Shown one piece after another: positions 1 to 14,030 of a stretch of 64,000 nucleotides of DNA (position 1 is its first letter; the number at the start of each line of letters is the position of its first letter). Below the pieces are notes generated by a model that worked only from the letters and a program-made list of their open reading frames with translations, was not told the origin of the DNA and did no database searches. The position numbers and the translations under genes are program-made. The stretch is from Heteronotia binoei (Eukaryota): NCBI RefSeq assembly GCF_032191835.1, contig NC_083236.1, forward strand, positions 45,570,001 to 45,634,000, given 5' to 3'.

Positions 1-2450
1 ATACTTTAATCATATGCAGCATTTTCAAGATTTTGCTTTAATGTAAATAACGGTGGTAACAATTAATATACTATAATGTGTTTAATGATAATTCATTATT
101 AAACAGTTGTGTTTTCAATGTTTAAAAGTTTGGCTTAATATCCAAATATGCTGGCAGCACTACTATTGCAAATTTATGAAAAGGTTTATTCCAAATAATA
201 CATTTTCTTTTGTTTGCTACAATTTGTTTTCTGTGTTCAACTTATTATTTTTCCTACTTCTCAGATGGCAAAAATTAAATACACATGTGCTATGATATAA
301 TAGGGTACAACAGTCTTCAACAACTTTTAATAAATTGGGTATATATGAGTTCTTATAGAAATTGAAGATATTTATACTTTTAATTTCTCTGTGTATGCCA
401 AATAGCACAATTTTATATGCTAAGTTGTACATGATGCTTTTCAATGTTATCACTAAAATAAGTTAATCTTTGACAGCAAAGTAGGTAATGCATCTATTTC
501 AGTTTTTCCCCACATTTACCTTTTTTTCTGCTGGGGAAAAGGTTTTTTCAGTGGCTTAAAATTTTCCACTAATTTTACATTTCTGCTACAGGAACCTCCA
601 GTTGATGGTGATTTCCAAACCAGAAAACATTTCACCCAACTTTTATCCTGTCAGTTATTCTTACTGCTGACCTAGCCAGGCAGGTCATCTGCGGTTGGAA
701 AAAGGAGCAACCAGTCCTCTAGCAGATCCAGACAGCTCCATGGACAACAGTAGCAAAAGGATGGGGAAAGAAATCTATATGCCACCATGGAGACCAATGG
801 GGCCCCATAAAATAGTCACCACAGTAGCTAGAGGTGACAAGCATACTCCACCTCAAGTTTTTTCAAGAAGCCACTGACAACACAGAAAAACTGCACCACT
901 GTTGAAGTAGAGCCTGGCTAACATCCTGTATCAAGAGGCTGCATCAGTGTCATGGGTTGGAGGGAACCGTTATAAAGAAGCTATTCCTCTTAGCTTGGCA
1001 GTAGAAACAAAACAGACACACCTGCCTCCACAGATCAGGAAATAAGAAAGCCAAGCCTCCATAGCTAACACAAGGCAACAGTTGACTACCAAACATCATC
1101 AAAATTTGTGGGCCTCTGGAAAATGATGCAGTCTAGCTGCAACTAAGGCAGAAAACTAGCTTTTAAGTGGAACAGAAAGTTACATTTGGGGAAAACACCC
1201 AAAGCAAATAAATGCTGCTTCTGTACAGACTTGTGGACAACAACATGAGAGTTGGAGTAGCAATCAGCTGGAGTAGCAATCAGAATGTTGGACAAGAATC
1301 CTGGAGACCAAGTTCAAATATCCACTCTGGCAATGGAAGCTTGCTGGATGACCTTTCGTCAATCCCAAACTCTCAGCCTATCCTACCTCACAGAGTTATT
1401 GCAAGGATAAAATGAAAGAGAGGAGAATAATATAATCCACTTTGGGTTACCACTGGGGGGAAAACACAGGGCATAAATTAAATGATTAAATAAATAAGCA
1501 AGCATAAAGTACAATTTTAGGTCTGCTTAGTCCTCCTTCTGGCCTTACAATTAACATAAAAAAATGGAGAATGGTAACTGGATTTGACACAAGGATGACT
1601 ACAGAAGAAAAACAAAGAGAAAATGCATCAAGGAAGGGCTAAAACACAGGGTCACCCAGCAGTGCTAGAAAGCCATGCTGAATCTCAGGCTCAGTGCCAG
1701 CTTCGTTAGCCAGACACCGCCTAGAGCAGCTTGTCCTACAAAAAGCTCTTAGCTTGCTAATGTCGCCAGACACCCGGCACCACTGTCAGCTTCACAGTAC
1801 TTAATTACTGCAGAAACACTGCTTGACAACATTTTGGCCACTGTGTGACTGAGTGTTGGATTGGATGAGCCATTGGCCTGATCCAATATGGCTTCTCATG
1901 TTCTTATGAAGGGGGGGGGGGGCGAGTTGAGAAGATATAGATGCTCCAATAGTACCGGAGAACAAGGCAGTCATGTAAAAGGGTAAAAAAGGGGAGAAGT
2001 GGAGTGTGTGCAACATTCACACACTTTTTATTCTAACAGGCTTTTTTGTTTGGCTAAAATTCACAGCTGGGTCTTATCAGCTTTCTTTTGCAACAGGGGT
2101 TCAAAGCAGCTTATGCTGTTCTCCCTTCCTCACAGCAACAAGCCCCTGAGCTAGTTCTGGTTGCGAGTGTCATATAGAGAGCTTCCACAGCAGGGCAGAG
2201 ATTTCAGCTCCAGTCTGAGGTCCCAAGCAGCCCAATGCTCTACCTACACCCCGAGCTGACTTAATTTAACCCCAAATCAGCATGCAACAGACCACACCAG
2301 TCCTATGCAGCAAAACGCTCTCCTCAGAAATAAGCCCTGCTGTGTACAAGCGGCAGGAGGCTCCCTCCCAAGAAACAAGTTGCAGCCGAACAATCAAAAC
2401 CTCTGGCAGGTTTATTCCCACTGCAACGGGAGCGGGGGCTCGCTCCAGAG

Positions 2451-2790
2451 CAGGGGTGGCCAAAATTGCTTAAAGTAAGAGCCACATAGAATAATCATCA
2501 GCTGTTTGAAAGCTGTAAGATATGAACGTCAGATGTTTGAGAGCCACAAGAAGGGAAGGGGAGAGAGAAAGGGAGGGAGGCAAATAGATGGAGGGGGGAG
2601 AGGTGGAAAGAAAGGAACTTTAACTTTAAATGCATTCTCCAAGTCGTCTGCTGGCTTAGCTCGAAGAAGTGATTTAAAGAGACAAATGCCTTCTCCAAGC
2701 CAGCCAATGGGGTGGTGGGGACTTCGAGAGCCACACTATGTATGTGAAAGCGCCACATGTGGCTCTTGAGCTACAGTTTGGCCACCCCTG
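2451..2790. mobile_element. hAT MITE family A (TIR CAGGGGTGGCCAAAC); other copies 5831-6137, 12123-12377, 38464-38743, 53344-53650, 59189-59540
   Basis: 8-bp TSDs: ctccagag/ctccagag, cctgagac/cttgagac, gcatagaa/gcatagag, ctatagtg/ctagagtg, aactatgc/aactatac. Confidence 0.9.
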
Positions 2791-2799
2791 CTCCAGAGT

Positions 2800-3300
2800 A
2801 AGCAGGACTGCAATTCGAGCAACAGCAGCAGCCCGCGGAGTTGCCCTGACTGCCGACGACACCCCGCACGCAGCCTGCCCTCACGGGGCGTGCCGGGAGC
2901 AAAGCAGGGCGCCTCGGTTGAGGAGGCCCCCTCCCCGGTCCCCGTTCAGGAGGCCGGAGGCGAGCCGGATTCCTGAGCTCCCCGCAGCAGGGTCCCAGCC
3001 CACCCGCCTGCCTCTCACCGCCCGGCCGGTCCAGCTTGAGGATGTCTCGCAGGTGCTGAGTCGCGTCCTCGATGTCGATACTCGCGGAGGCCATTGGAGC
3101 GCCGCCTAGGACGCCTCCGTCTCCACCAGCCCAGCCGCCGCCCGGACAGGCCAAGCCCCAACCAGCCGCCACTACTTCCGTTTCCGGTCCGTGTCCCACC
3201 GTCCTCCTCAGCGGAAACCGCTGCTGCGCCGCTCCCGTTCCGCTTTCATCCCAAGGGAAATAGAAGAGGCACGGAGGATAGGAGGGAAGAAAGAAGCGTA
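2800..3300 (-). promoter_or_regulatory. CpG island / EDC4 promoter
   Basis: GC- and CpG-rich stretch around exon 1; ETS-like ACTTCCG and TTCCGG at about 3175-3187. Confidence 0.8.
3019..3094 (-). CDS. EDC4: EDC4 coding exon 1 (enhancer of mRNA decapping 4); rest of the gene lies left of the window
   Basis: Translates MASASIDIEDATQHLRDILKLDRPG plus 1 nt, matching the known EDC4 N-terminus. Ends at a GTGAG donor (3018-3014) and lies in a CpG island. Confidence 0.95.
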
Positions 3301-6300
3301 AGAGCTTCGTCTTTTAAAGCGGCTGCTGTTCTTTGGGACCGAACAATTGGGCTAGGAAAGCATGGGAGGTAGGCTGTTTAAAAAAAAAAGTGTCTGCCCA
3401 GCTGCGAGTTTCTGTCAAGAACTGATCCTTGTTGTAGCTAGATCCAGGTGGGCAGCCGTGTTGGTCCGAAGCAATAAGAACAAAGTTGGAGTCCACTAGC
3501 ACTAGCAGTTTTATTCAGCATGTAAGCTTTCTTGTGTACTAAAAGCACACTTCATCAGACTATGAAATGGGGTACAGTTAGCAGTGCTACAGATAGCTTG
3601 TTGTGGCTTTTGTTTTGAAGCCAACAAAACATAAAGGTCTGTGAAGAGGATGGATTGAACGCGGCTGCTGTGCTCCAAAAAAAACGAACCAACTTGGCAC
3701 GCGGGGTACCCACTGAATACAAAAAATGGAAGTTCATTTACTTAAGTTCAGTCAGCATATGCCATGACAGGCACTGTGTTCGAAAATGAGGGATGCCAGA
3801 CTCCAGGTGGGACCTGGGGATCCCCTGGAATTACTTATTTCCGGACTAGAGATCAGTTATCCTGGAAGAACATGAATGCTTTGAAGGGGGGATTCTATGG
3901 CATTTTACCCAACTGAAGTCCTTGCCTCCCCCCCAGGTTCCATCTCTAAATCCCCAGGAAATTCCCAACACGAATCTGCTACTTCTATCCTTCCAACTGC
4001 TGCTGGTGGCCAGGAGGGTCCTGTCAACCCTAGTTCCATAGTTTTTATAGAAAGGATTTAGACAGGTTCATAAAGGAGAGGCCCATCAGTTACTACTAGC
4101 AAAGACAAAAACGAATCTCTAATTAGAGAGCCAGTTTGGTGTAGTGGTTAAGTGTGTGGACTCTTATCTGGGAGAACTGGGTTTGATTCCCCACTCCTCC
4201 ACTTGCACCTGCTGGAATGGCCTTGGGTCAGCCATAGCTTTTGTAGTTGTCAAAACGGCAGCTGCTGTAAGACCTCTCTTAGCCCCCCCCCACCTACCTC
4301 ACAGGGTGTCTGTTGTGGGGGGAGGAAGGTAAAGGAGATTGTGACCACTCTGAGACTCAGAGTGTAGGGCAGGATATAAATCCAATATCATCAAATACCA
4401 GTGATGGGAAACAACATAAAGCCCTTAGCCTCTGTTCCATTTGCTGGCCCTCCTGGGCATCTCATTTACCATGGTGTGAAACAGGATGATAGTTGGACCA
4501 CCAATCTGATCCAGCAGGGTACCTCTGACATTCCCCCCATCAGTGTTTCTCTGTGGCAAGATTTTGACCCATCAAGAGCCTTTGAAGCAAGGAGCTCTTT
4601 AGCTATTTCACACACCACCAGCAGAACCACAGACCCCTATAGTCCACCCCCCCTTTTTTGGAAGATGTGTTTAGTGCATGAGTCTAGAGAGTATGGGAAC
4701 CACAAGTCCTGCCATGTTTCACACACACTGCATGCCTAAGTACACATTCTAAAGTCCTCACATTTGTGTAGGGATCCACTCCAAGAACTTTCAATCATAC
4801 GCGAGTTCTCCTCCTGGAAGCTCAGGTCTCAGGAGTGCATGGGTCTAATTCAGACCAGGAACTTGATATATGGGGGCAGGCAGCTTATAGCAAGGAGCCA
4901 GTTTGGTGTAATGGTTAAATGTGTGGAGAACAAGGTTTGATTCCCCACTCCTTCACATGCACCTGCTGAGTGACCTTGAATCAGTCACAAGTTCTAGCAG
5001 AGCTGTTCCTCTCAAGAGCAGCTCTAGGAGAGGTCTCTCCACTCCGCCTATCTCACAGGGTGTCTGTTGTGGGGAGGGGAAGGGAAAGGAGATTGTAAGC
5101 CACTCTGAGACTGGTTCAAGTAGTGAAAGGCAGGTATAAATCCAATCTTTTTTTCATCTTTTTCCTATGTGAAACACACTATGGGGGGTGATATTTGCCC
5201 CATTAGGGAAGCATGGATATAATTCATAAGTACACACAGAGGATAAGCAGCATAACCCAGACAATTTTAGTTCAAAAAAACTCGGGGTAAGGCCTAACCC
5301 TCCATTCTGTCTACCAATTACCACACTCCCAATCTGAATTAGGCCTTCTCATGGCTGGAAATGCAGTTCTAGCAGGGATTTTGCATTTTATTGAGAGTCC
5401 TCGCAGCAGAGCTAGAGATGGCCTGAAGACTCTGCAATGTTGCTCAGCCGTGAGAAGAGCAGCAGGACAAGGCAAGGAGAGGATTCTCCATGGCCCTAAT
5501 ACCTGGCATGTTCCTTGTTATGGTGCTGTGTTTCCTATCCTGTCCTGCTACCCATAACATAATCCTAACTTGGCCACTGGCAAGATCATACTTCTCAGTT
5601 CTGACTCATTTTGTTACATGATTTCCCAACCAAGTACCTGCACCTCAGTGGACTAGATGCTGCTGCCAGTGTATGTGACAGGGGGATTAGGTCTCGGAAG
5701 GTACAAAGTAGTGTGAGGGAGGGAGCAGTGAACATTTATGAAGTCCTCTACCAACTCAGACCATCTACTTTCTGTTTGGCAGCAGCTCTCAAAGGTTGAG
5801 CACAACAAAGATGTTTCTCAAACCTGAGACCAGGGGTGGCTGAACTTGCTTAATGTAAGAGCCACATAAAATAAGCATCAGATGTTTGAGAGCTGCAAGA
5901 CATGAGCATCAGATGTTTCAGAGCAAGCAGGCAGGCAAATAGATGGGGTGGGGGGAGAGGTGGAAAGAAAACGACCTTAAGTTAAATGCATTATCCAAGC
6001 TGCTGTCTTGGAGAAGTGATTTAAAGAGAGAAATGCCTTCTCGAAGCTGGCCAATGGGGGAGGGGGGACTTCAAGAGCCACACAATATGTGTGAAAGAGC
6101 CACATGTGGCTACCGAGCCACAGTTTGGCCACCCCTGCTTGAGACCCTTCAGCATATAAAGTATGCATTATGCTGTTGTTCCACAGTGGCAGCCACAAGA
6201 CCTGCCAGAAAACATGGATATTCTTTCTCCAACAGAGTTTATTTCAACAATTAGGGTAGGCTATAAGGTTTTTGTCTGTTTGCTATCCTAGCCAATACCA

Positions 6301-9300
6301 GACTTTATTCTTCAGGACAGTAATGAACACAAGCAAAATCTATGTATACAATTTCTTCATTTACTTAACATTTTGTATTGACTGTCCTTGCGAGGGCTGG
6401 TAATTGTCACAAGAGTTCAATGCCATGCTAATGCACGAGGAAGTAAAACACAGAGAATATGCTTTGCACGCACCCATAGCTCAATTTATGACATCTCCAG
6501 TTACAGTGATCTCAGGTAGCAAACCTTGGAAAGACCTCTGCCTGAGACCTCAAAGAAACTGCTGCCTTTCCAAGTTAACTACAGGGTTGAAAGGAGCTTT
6601 ATATCCACATAGCAAATTCAAGGTCTCTGCTGCACCTAGAAGAAAAGGAAAGCAAAGACCCAATAATTTGTCCTCCTGATACTGTACTACAGGGACTCCT
6701 AAGGCGAATCGCTTTGCTGCATTTATGCAAGCTCAGAAATTGACTGGAATGATTACTTTTCAAACACAAAAAGCATCTCTTGACCTCAGAGTGTTCTTCT
6801 TTGCTTAAATCCACTTACTGCAGCCGTGTGCCAGACTTGAAGTCCCTGCACATTGTTGCAACCTCAGGTTCACACGTGTTTACACAATCACACACTATTA
6901 ATTATCCAGGTATGACATTTTGCAACAGATGTGAGCCTAAACAATTAAAGGTGGGGCAGTGAGTTGAAATAGGCAAGGTTAAGACCTAGAAAATGGCAGC
7001 TTCCTCTGTCTCATAGCAGGATACATACATCAATTACCAGACAGCACACTTTCCTTCAGTAGGTATGTGATACCATATTATGAAGGAACACACTATGTAT
7101 CGTGGGGATGACTGGGTAAAGTTTCACTATTTTACCAGAGCAGACTCTTTCCAGGAGGCATAAAGCTGCAATCAAGGGGGGGGGGGGAAATCACAGCAGT
7201 AGTGTTAGTTACATACAGTACTACTCAAACCCCTTTTGTCAAAGGAAATGGCATGAAGCACCAGTGGCTACCAGTACTCAACAGATAATTCAGAGATGAA
7301 AATAAGTCTATTTTCTCATCTGCTGCTTACCTAAAACTCATCAACACCCACCATTTCCTCTTCATTTGTTCTATTAAAGTTTCTAGACTTGGCTTTAAAG
7401 CAACCATACAAAGCTGTCTTATAATGACAGTTTGGTCCATCGTTATTAGCACTGTCTGCTCAGACCAACATCAGTTCTCCATGGTCTCAGGCAGAGGTCT
7501 TTCACATCTCTTACTACCTGATCCTTTTAACAGGAGATACCAAGGACTGGATCTGGGGCTTTCTGCATGTCAAGCAGGTGCTCTGCCACTGAGTCACATC
7601 CCCCTCTGATAATATGGTTGACAATCTTTATTTATACATTTACCAGGTACAATCTTAAAGAGGTCAAGATTATGCAGTAAATACCGAACAGGTAGGCTTT
7701 CTGTTCCATGTAACTTCAGCATTTTGGCAAAACTGGTGCTGTTCTGCAACTCGAGTGCTAAAACATTACACAGAAACATTTGCTTCACTTCCCAACTACA
7801 GTTATATGCCATAAAGTATTACATAGATCTCTCGTAATTATCTGAATACAGCAGAAAGGCTGTGCAGTGATAAGCCAAGTTTCATAGTAGATAAAGTTAT
7901 CTATGCATTTATTTTATAACCAGCAAGGGAAAAGATCCTAAACCCCACTGCCGGACTATGTACCATGATACCCTACTAACCCCCAACACTTGGAGCTCAA
8001 TAAACATTCCAGATTTGCTTCTTGTCTAGGATTACAAGAATAGGAAGTTCTGTAAACACCAGGAAAGCTTTAAAGCAAAGCTGATGGGTTGCGTTGGGTG
8101 AGACCCGAGGCCTGCACATTTGCTTTAAAGATTCCTTTAAGCTTGGTTACATTTAGTCTTCCTATGTCAATTTGCACCATTTTATTTAACAAGCCATTTA
8201 ACAGCCTTAGTTTATATGAGCACACCTTCAAACAATCCCAGATCAGACATCCTCTCACCATGCAGTAGCCTCTAATGCTTCAAGGGACTCTGTTTATCCT
8301 TAAATACAATTAGTAGGAAAAAAGAATTTTATCCATTAGAGGCTGCAATTCTCTTAACTGCCCACTTGGGCTGTTCAAGTGTCTCAGCTTGGCTACATGA
8401 ACTTCTTCCATCTCCAGTCTTATTACTGAGGGGGTGGGGGAGTGGAATTAAAAAACCTTAATATCAGCAGAGTTAGCTCTGGGAAGCACATGTTGATGTG
8501 CAATTCAATTTATAGTGGAAAGTGTTACTTCTCTCTTACAGACAGAGAAACAAAAGCAGTTGTATGCGGCTTAGCCAGCAACTATGTTCCCTGTCAAGGA
8601 TTTTATTTTTTTAAGTAAGGCATTTTGTTTTCTTATGGCTATTGACACTGTTTTAGAGTGGTGCAGTGGTTAAGAGTACGGATTCTAATCTGGAGAATTG
8701 GGTTTGATTCCCACTCCTCCACATGGGTCAGTCCCAGTGACTTTGGGTCAGTCCCAGTTCTCTCAGAGCTCTTTCAGTTCCACCTATCTCACAGGGTATC
8801 TATTGTGGGGACAGGAAGGGAAAGCAATTGTAAGCTGCTCTGAGACTCCTTTGGGTAGTTTAAAGAAGGGGAATCAAACCAGCTCTTCTTCTTCTTCCCA
8901 CTAAGGCCAATGCAACATCCAACTCAAAACTTGGTAGGATGAGAGGACTCAAATACACACCCTTTCTTCGGTCGTGCTGGATGAGAGATGATAATCTGCG
9001 ATGCATCGAGTGCATGAAAAACTTTCCCCATTGACTTGGGAAGGGGAAAGGTCTCTTTCCACATCACCCTGTTTCCCAGGTAGCAATCCAAAGCAAACTC
9101 GGGATGTTCTATTGAGATTGCTGGGATTTCCCAAAGTAAAGCTATACAGATGCATCAAGATATGGATGCTCACCTAAGTTCCATGGCCAGGCGAATTTAC
9201 ATAAACAGCTATCATTAAAGCGCCTGCCATGAAGCAGCAACACCAATGGACACACAGGTCTATTTTTCAAAAGTCTGAAAACCACCAGCTTTCCAAAACA

Positions 9301-10524
9301 GTGGTAATCCTCTGGACTTCTTACAGGTGGAAACACAGGACCCATGTAAAGAATCCTCCAGGCATGAAGACTTTAAGGTGAAGCTGGAAGGAAGAAAGCA
9401 GATGGCAGTTTCAGGGGCGTTAGAAACAAATGTTTGGATCCAAGCTCTTTGGGTTGTTTCTTTGCTTACAGACGCAGACCTGGTATGGACTGCTGTCACC
9501 TTTGGGCAGTAGGCAGAGCTGATTTGATTAGGAAGCCCAGCCTTCTGAATGCCCTTTTATTGTTAAAAACTGCTCACCTATTTCTTGCTGCTGCTCGGAG
9601 GCACTTGGAACTAAACACAGAGCATCCGCTCAAGCGCCCAACACAGCCTGAAAACAGCTCCATTTCAGTTTAGAATCTGCACTCCAGCCACCATGAAGCT
9701 GCGGAGACAGCTCAGCTCACATTAAGCGCTGCCAGTTTAAAAAACCTGCTTCTTCACTGTCACCCACCCACCGCCGCCTGTGTTGCTCCTAGAGAATCAG
9801 CCCTGTGAGGGAAAGTGCACTCATCCAAAACAGCTTTCTAAACCGTTTTGTTGTAAGTATGGCACTATTTATCCTACTGGAGTGCATCTATCAGTGGCCT
9901 GTGGATGCTGCAGCACAAATACCAAGCAGATGCTACTTAGACCAAGCCACAGGAAAGCACACAGTGATGTAGCCACCACTGTCCCAGACTTGTTAGAGCT
10001 TATTTTCAAACAAAAGCCCTGGACGGGCAAAACTCTGTAAACAATTCAAGATGCCAAGTTTTATACAGACCCCACTCTTGAACACCAGGGTGAAATAAAT
10101 GGGCATGAATGCACCACACCTAAAGAGCTTAGTGCTGAGAAACAGTTCTGTAAAGTAGCACATGCTCTCAGCTCTGTCATTTTTCTGCACCATCTTTCAC
10201 CTAAGTCTGAAGAATATGCTTTGCAGTTCAGTGTCACTGTCTAATTTGCGCAAAACATGCATATTTTGGTTACGACAGTTTCAAAGGGAGAAACGATGCC
10301 CCCCCTCCCAATATATGCAGCAAATTCTTCCAACAATTAACACAGTTTTAAAGCCTTTAAACAATGGCAAAAAAGTAGCACCACACACCTGTGGAGGCTT
10401 TACGAGCGGCGAAAGGTTTGTCCAGCCACATGTGTTCCCAAGCCAGGTATTCAGACAGAGTAGGAAACTCTCTAATTAGAGACTGAACATCCAACAATTT
10501 AAACTGTTAGGAAAATGTCATGGT

Positions 10525-10530
10525 TTTATT
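10525..10530 (-). terminator. NUTF2 polyadenylation signal AATAAA
   Basis: AATAAA about 430 nt after the canonical stop, within sequence resembling the human NUTF2 3'UTR as I recall it. Confidence 0.75.
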
Positions 10531-10960
10531 GTATAATGTAGCACTGAAACATCTGAACAAAAAAAAACCACCCCAATATCTGAGCTGCATTCAGGCTGCT
10601 GTTCTTTTCTCTCCTTTTTTTTTGTTTCTTTGGGTTATTTAGAGAAACTTGTCAGTACAGAAACAAAACCTTTTTTTTTTTTTTTTGCATTATAGATGCT
10701 TCCCGAGGCATGCTGGTAAGACACACATTTCCCTTGCCAAATGCAGCTAAGTCTAAACTTCCAAACATCATGCACAAGAAACTCTTCTAGTGACACAACA
10801 GAAAACTCTCCAGGAGGGCACGTTGGTGGAGATCTCGCTCGCTAGTCCGCTCGCTGTGGTGTTGCGGGTTTGTGTATGATATTTGGAATGTTCCATAAGT
10901 GTGATTAATATCTGTAAGGAGGAGAAAAAGAAAAATGACAGGTGCCTCGGGGATGCCGTC

Positions 10961-11074
10961 TCAACCAAAGTTGTGCAGCGCTAGCCTGAACATGTCATTG
11001 GTGCAAACCCAAGCATCATTGAAGTTCTTTAATAGAAATATCTGGTGGAATCCCATAATAGGATCTTCATCGGC
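10961..11074 (-). CDS. NUTF2: NUTF2 canonical last coding exon (residues 91-127)
   Basis: [37 protein letters not shown]; pyrimidine tract and CAG acceptor at 11077-11075; phase 0. Confidence 0.97.
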   Translation of the reverse strand, partial: ADEDPIMGFHQIFLLKNFNDAWVCTNDMFRLALHNFG

Positions 11075-14030
11075 CTGTGAAGAGAAAGAAAGACGTTTTA
11101 GAACCTCTCTGCCCCAGAAGATAAATCCTAGGAAGGAAATGCCTGCCAACGCTGTCATGCATTCTTCACCCTTCAGCAATAACAGCTGTGGTTCTGGCAC
11201 GCCTTTTACAATCCTGATGCAAAACTACAGGAAAGACTTGATAGCACTAGGATGGTGTTACACTCAGTGGCTCAGAAGGCATGTATAGCTCTGGGGCTTG
11301 TTTTGTGGCAGGAACTCCTTTGTATATTAGGCCACACACCCCAGATGTAGCCAATCTTCCCGGTGCTTACAGTAGGCCCTAATATGCAAATGAGTTCCTG
11401 CTACAAAAAAAGCCCTGTATAGCTCTATTCCACATGGCACTTGCCCCATGTTCCAGGAGAGCAGGCGATTTCTTTACAAACTGAAACATGATACAGCTGT
11501 CTTATTTTTAAAACACAACTTGTCCGTGATGATTACTATCAAGATTGTGCAGGTGTAGGGGTTTTGTGTCTGAGGCTAGGATGGGGCACACCAGTGTTGA
11601 ATGCTAGCCAATTAAAAAACACTCCCAGTAGTGGGGGAAGATACCTGCAGATGCTCAGAGGTAATCCAGTAATGAAAAAGCTGACATTATGCATTACTGT
11701 TCCCACACATTTGGGGTGGGATACCCAGGGCATACACAGTTGCACAGCTCTTTCTGTTGATGGAAATGGGAAATGTGGCTTTCCATGATCCACAGAGTGA
11801 ATACCATGGCACTACGGATTAGGTGGCGATCCATGATCACTATCAATTTTCACTGCATTCACAACACTGACTATCTCTGTTTATGGAAGGCTACAAATTA
11901 CAATGTCTGGAGATCCAGGGCAGCATTTTAAGAGCCACCGGAGGAGGCAGTATTGGGTTTGGCCAAGAGGAGTTAGTGCCAAACAGAATTAAGTTTAGCT
12001 GAAACATGCGGCTTCTTCCAACACTGATGAATTAAATGATGAGAATCATCTGTTTCCACAAGCCACATTTGTGGCCTTGCTGAAACGAACCTGCTCACAC
12101 ACTAGGAGCACAAGGCATAGAACAGGGGTGGCCAAACTTGCTTAATGTAAGAGCCACATAGAATAAATGTCAGATGTCTGAAAGCTGCAAGACATGAACG
12201 TCAGGTGTTTGAGAGCCGGGAAGGAAGACAGATGGGGGGAGGGAGATGTGGAAAGAAAACAACTTTATCTTTAAATGTGTTCTCCAGGCTGGCCAATGAG
12301 GCAGTGGGGGCTTTGAGAGCCACACAATGTGTGAAAGAGCCACATGTGGTTCTCGAGCCACAGTTTGGCCACCCCTGGCATAGAGCATAAAAAAGTTAAG
12401 GCTATAAAAGGCATGGAGAGTTGCTGAATATCCAAGTATTTGAAGGGGGGGGTGGTGTATCTTTACTAGAACTGCCAACATCTTTCTCTGGGATAAGGCA
12501 GGCTACCAAGAACAGGCCCAACATCTTTCCCAACTAGATCACAACAAAATTTGCTGCAGCAAGACTGGAAGATAGCACTTTTCATTTAAGACCCACTGAG
12601 GCAAAAACCATGACTTCTAAGCTGCCTCTGAATTACCACCATCTTCATTTCAGAGGAGGCGGAAATGCATGTAGCGCCCTACAGTTCAATTTCCATATTT
12701 TTTTCCTCATGCAAACACAAAGCCTAGTTGGCAAATGAATGCGGCAAGCCTGGTGTTCAGACACAAGCAAGCTGCAATCAGATCTTCAGAAGGCTTCTGT
12801 TCACAGTCAAATATGATTGTATCCTGAACCGGACAGAGTCTCTGCACTGGTTCTAAGAAACCTGCATCAATCAAGGCAAAAATAAAACTAAAATACAAAC
12901 CTGTCGCATGCCTTTCCATGCTCCATACATACATTTATTTACATCATTTATATCCCACCTTTTCCCCCCAATGGGGACCCAAAGTGGCTTACGCTGATCG
13001 CCTCTCCTCCACTGAATCCTTAACAACAATCCTGTGAGGTAGACGATGCAGAGAGCATGTGACTAGCCCAAGGTCACCCAAACAGCTTCCATGGCAGAGT
13101 GTGGAGTCAAACCTGGGGACCCCAGACCATAGTCAGAGACTCTAAGCGCTACACCAAGCTGGCACATAAATGCACAGATATTGTACGGAAGCCCTCTCTG
13201 TTCAGAGGATGAAGCAAGTCAGAATGCTGCAAGAAGCATTGACCTGCGGAGGAAGTAATACAAAAGTGGTTCCTAAAAAGCAGAGCCCTTACACACAAAC
13301 AAGGATTTCATATAACCGCACAGCTTCAGTTCCTCTCCCAGATTATTAGCAGCCACAACAAGGTGCAGGTAGCCACTGCTTCATGCTGCATATTCCAAGG
13401 GAACTTTTTAATGCAAACTCATCGACTTAACAGCCACCTGACACCAAGCCCAGGTTGGTGCAAATACATTTGCCTACATTCACACCTTGTTTGCCTGGCA
13501 TGTCCTTCTGTTGCTTCCTTGGCACTACCGAAATTCATGTAAAGGTAAGCCTCTTGGAGGTGTCTTTCCACTTGAGCTCCTCTGTACAACACCATGCACA
13601 CATGCAGCCCATGGTTTGTTTCTAACCTGCCCCTGGCTCAGGTACGTCTCCTTGAACTAACAGAACAATTGCAGACATGCCCAAGGAAAACAGGCTTAAG
13701 ATCAGACAGTTTCAAATGCAAAAGATACGAACGCTCACTGTGCACAGAACTTCTCAGATCTCGAAGCAACTCTGAGCAGGTAAGTTAAGCAAGCAACTGA
13801 ATGGGGCAGCATGAAACAGATAGGCAGCTCTGCTGAATTAATTCCAGGGCCACCACTTCCAGGAAGAAGATGGCATCTGCTCGTTTCAGAAGCCGCAACC
13901 CTGCTTCGGTAACACACAAGCCACGGCCATGCTGTTCAGACCGAAGGACCAATCACGGCAAACAGCACCAAGCAAAGAGCTTCTTACTCATTGAGGACGG
14001 CAAAGGTCAGAGGTAGGAGGAGGCCGGAAG

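Noticed and set aside
10696-10715. Plus-strand micro-exon look-alike (T-run...tag|20 nt|gtaag)
   Set aside because: The T-run is the A-run of the NUTF2 3'UTR on the other strand; no plus-strand gene context.
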